From contig JANOFF010000143.1 of the NCBI GenBank assembly GCA_031413515.1, forward strand, positions 10,539 through 74,538: a stretch of 64,000 nucleotides of DNA, given 5' to 3'. Below, in pieces: positions 61,510 to 64,000 of the stretch. The notes under the pieces are model-generated. The model was not told where the DNA came from. It did not search any database and saw only the letters and a list, made by a program, of their open reading frames with translations. Position 1 is the stretch's first letter, and the number at the start of each line of letters is the position of its first letter. The position numbers and the translations under genes were made by a program. This DNA comes from a bacterium (lineage in GTDB: Bacteria; Myxococcota_A; UBA9160; UBA4427).

Positions 61510-63969
61510 TCAGCTCGCGATCGCTCCGTCGCGCGCGAGGGTGAGCGCCAGGGCTTCCTCGATCGTATCCACCAGTCGGATGTCCAGGCTCTGCCGGACG
61601 TCGTCGGGTACCTCGACGAGATCCTTCTCGTTTCTTCGTGGCATCACGACCGTCTCGATACCGGCCCGGGATGCGGCGAACAGCTTGCCCTTGATTCCGC
61701 CGACGGGAAGCACGCGCCCGCGCAGCGAGATCTCGCCTGTCATCGCCACCGTCGGTCGCGCCTTCTGGTTCGAGAGCGCCGAGACGATCGCCGTCACCAG
61801 CGCGATGCCGGCCGATGGTCCGTCCTTCGGTACGGCGCCGGCCGGAATGTGGAGGTGGATTTCACCGGGAGCCTGCGCGGCCTCGGTCAGGCCGAGTTCC
61901 TTCGCATGCGCGCGGACCCAGGACAGTGCGGCCTCTGCGGACTCGCGCATCACGTCACCGATCTGGCCTGTGAGTCGGAGCCGCTTGCCTTTCCCTCCCG
62001 GCAGCGAGGTCGCCTCGATGAAGAGGATGTCCCCGCCGTGGGCAGTCACCGCGAGCCCCACGGCCACTCCCGGGACGCTGGTGCGCTCGGCGGCCTCCGG
62101 CAGGTGCGGGGGTGCACCGAGTGCTTCGGCGACGAACTCCGGTGTCACGTCGACCCGGGTGAGCGCATCTGCGCCGGATTCGGCGATCTTGCGGGCGCAC
62201 TTCCGCATCAATGTCGCGACGAAACGCTCGAGATTGCGGACGCCGGCTTCGCGGGTGTATTCGCCGACGATCTTCTTCAGAGCTTCGTCCTCGATCGAGA
62301 CGCGGTTCGAATCGAGCCCGTGTGCTTCGAGCTGCCGAGGAACCAGGTAACGTCGCGCGATCACGAGCTTCTCGGACTCGGTGTAACCCGAGATATCGAT
62401 CACCTCCATGCGATCGAGCAGGGCCGGTGGAATCGTCGAGAGTGTGTTGGCGGTCGCGATGAAGAGGACCCGCGACAGATCGAAGGGTGTCTCGATGTAG
62501 TGATCGCTGAACTTGTGGTTCTGCTCTGGATCGAGCACCTCGAGCAGAGCCGACGACGGATCGCCCCGGTAGTCGGTGCCGATCTTGTCGATCTCATCGA
62601 GCAGGAAGACCGCGTTGCGGGCTCCGGCTCGCTTGAGGCTCTGAAGGATACGGCCCGGCATGGCTCCCACGTAGGTGCGTCGATGGCCGCGGATCTCGGC
62701 CTCGTCTCGCACGCCACCGAGCGAAGCGCGCGTGAATCGCCTGCCCATGCAACGGGCGATCGATCGACCGAGCGAAGTCTTGCCGACGCCGGGTGGACCG
62801 ACGAAGCACAGGATCGGCGCCTTGGAATCCGGGGCGAGCTTGCGGACTGCCAGGAACTCGAGGATGCGATCCTTCACCTTCGATAGACCGTGATGGTCTG
62901 CATCGAGAATGTCTCTCGCACTGTGGAGGTCCAGATCGTCCGGCGTCTCGAACCGCCACGGCAACTCGACCATCCAGTCGAGGTAGGTCCGGATCAAGTG
63001 CCGATCCGGCGCGTGCTGGGGCAGCGCCGAGAGTCGCTTCAACTCGCGCTCGGCCTGTGCGCGCGCGTCCTCTGGCAGATCTGCGGCCTCGAGACGTTCA
63101 CGCAGTTCGTCGACTTCGCGGGCGCCGACGTCACTCTCGCCGATCTCGGCCTGGATCTCGCGCATCCTGGATCGCAGCATCCGCTCACGCCGCTTCTTGT
63201 CCAATCCGCTCTCCTCGACTTCGGTCCGGAGAGCACGTTGTGTTTCAGCGATCGTGGCTTCGCGCTCGAGGTGGCGTTCGATACGCCGAAGCCGCTCGCC
63301 CGGCCGCGCATCGCGCAACAGTTCGATGGCGTCCTCGCCGCCGATCGAGAGATTCGAGGCGAGCAGGTCGGCGAGCATGCCGGGAGTCGGGATCTCGGCG
63401 ATGAACGACTTCCACTCCTTGGGATAATCGTCGCGGAGATCGACGACGCGCTGTGCCAGCGTGATGACCCGGCGCCAGGTCGCTGCGTCTTCGTCGTCGG
63501 TCGGATGTTCCTCGATCGTGCTGAAACTGATCTTGAAGCACGGCTCCTCGGCGAGTACATCACCGATCCGGACCCGGGCGATACCGACGACGAGCGCCTG
63601 TTTACCATCCCGGCGTGCATCGACCACGCGCAGCATCCGGACGAGAGTGCCGACTTCATACAGTTCTTCGATGCCCGGATTCTCGGCGACGCCGTCGCGC
63701 TGTGTCACCACGATCAAGAAGCCGTTGGGGCCGGCGGCCTCGAGTGCTGCGATCGAACCGCGCCGCCCGATCGTGAGGGGGACCGTGACACCCGGGAATA
63801 CGACGAGATCCCGGACGGGCAGGACCGGCAGGACGGAGTCGACTTCGAGGAAGTCTCCAGTGGGATCCTTGATGCGGACCTTGTCGTCGCTCGGATTCGG
63901 CACGCGTCCTCCTGGTGGATCGAGTCCCATAGGGGCACCCGAGAGTACGCGCGGTGAGGCAGGGGTCAA
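61510..63969 (-). CDS. lon: ATP-dependent Lon protease (LonA), copy 2
   Basis: 819 aa from the TTG at 63969, with an alternative ATG at 63930. The N-domain reads LPVLPVRDLVVFPGV, Walker A is GPPGVGKTSLGRSIA, and the Ser motif is PKDGPSAGIAL. Confidence 0.93.
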   Translation of the reverse strand: MTPASPRVLSGAPMGLDPPGGRVPNPSDDKVRIKDPTGDFLEVDSVLPVLPVRDLVVFPGVTVPLTIGRRGSIAALEAAGPNGFLIVVTQRDGVAENPGIEELYEVGTLVRMLRVVDARRDGKQALVVGIARVRIGDVLAEEPCFKISFSTIEEHPTDDEDAATWRRVITLAQRVVDLRDDYPKEWKSFIAEIPTPGMLADLLASNLSIGGEDAIELLRDARPGERLRRIERHLEREATIAETQRALRTEVEESGLDKKRRERMLRSRMREIQAEIGESDVGAREVDELRERLEAADLPEDARAQAERELKRLSALPQHAPDRHLIRTYLDWMVELPWRFETPDDLDLHSARDILDADHHGLSKVKDRILEFLAVRKLAPDSKAPILCFVGPPGVGKTSLGRSIARCMGRRFTRASLGGVRDEAEIRGHRRTYVGAMPGRILQSLKRAGARNAVFLLDEIDKIGTDYRGDPSSALLEVLDPEQNHKFSDHYIETPFDLSRVLFIATANTLSTIPPALLDRMEVIDISGYTESEKLVIARRYLVPRQLEAHGLDSNRVSIEDEALKKIVGEYTREAGVRNLERFVATLMRKCARKIAESGADALTRVDVTPEFVAEALGAPPHLPEAAERTSVPGVAVGLAVTAHGGDILFIEATSLPGGKGKRLRLTGQIGDVMRESAEAALSWVRAHAKELGLTEAAQAPGEIHLHIPAGAVPKDGPSAGIALVTAIVSALSNQKARPTVAMTGEISLRGRVLPVGGIKGKLFAASRAGIETVVMPRRNEKDLVEVPDDVRQSLDIRLVDTIEEALALTLARDGAIAS

Positions 63970-64000
63970 CCACGAAGTCGGCGAGGCGGCCCTCGACGTG

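Noticed and set aside
1-64000. CRISPR arrays, IS elements, prophage genes, toxin-antitoxin pairs or recognisable anti-phage defence genes.
   Set aside because: I found no regularly spaced direct repeats. None of the ORF translations shows transposase, integrase, capsid, terminase or Cas signatures, or nuclease/NTPase defence signatures.
1-64000. A selenoprotein gene in the window, prompted by the tRNA-Sec candidate.
   Set aside because: I looked for adjacent same-frame ORFs separated by TGA in redox-type genes (DsbA-like CPWC, rhodanese CHHGPRS, SDR, flavin reductase). All have Cys or ordinary residues and uninterrupted frames.

Overview
This is a visibly GC-rich chromosomal segment (GC not computed) from a diderm bacterium. 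The Mla system, the OmpA-family lipoprotein and the full type II secretion system indicate a double membrane. DivIVA together with T2SS and PilZ/EAL genes is reminiscent of Myxococcota or deltaproteobacteria-like lineages, but the taxon cannot be fixed from this window. I call about 60 protein genes and 4 tRNAs: Ala-GGC, Leu-CAA, Leu-GAG and a candidate selenocysteine tRNA. I recognised no rRNA, CRISPR array, IS/transposase, integrase or phage genes.

Gene blocks, in order:
1. An uncharacterised triad: inactive-transglutaminase/7TM protein, RimK-like ATP-grasp ligase and secreted HExxH peptidase.
2. Two tRNAs, MoeB-rhodanese, an SCP2 protein, a divergent UvrA and a degenerate-GGDEF/EAL protein.
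3. hpf, tRNA-Sec and a MerR-TPR regulator.
4. folD-gcvT-gcvH.
5. An FmdB zinc ribbon, then yggU-divIVA-proC-yggS-maf.
6. A lipoprotein followed by mlaEFD.
7. A 19-kb minus-strand gene train: gspCDEFGHIJKLMN, then ArsR-methyltransferase, HAD, TldD/PmbA and an MBL hydrolase.
8. A dnaK-hsp20-lon-ompA-like heat-shock cluster.
9. Glycerate kinase, flavin reductase, a DsbA-like protein and an SDR.
10. tRNA-Leu, then secG-tpiA-pgk.
11. An S45 acylase homologue, a catalytically degenerate Y-family polymerase, PilZ, and glycosyltransferase/priming-transferase genes.
12. A second lon.

Most second-look items are architectural. They include the ATP-grasp triad, a secretin with a SPOR-like C-terminus, extended minor pseudopilins and non-T2SS genes translationally coupled to gspN. 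They also include an hsp20 with no canonical start codon in its conserved N-terminus, a dead polymerase that keeps a clamp-binding motif, and an acylase homologue without the expected Ser nucleophile.

All calls rest on reading the ORF translations and the DNA by eye. No database search was run.
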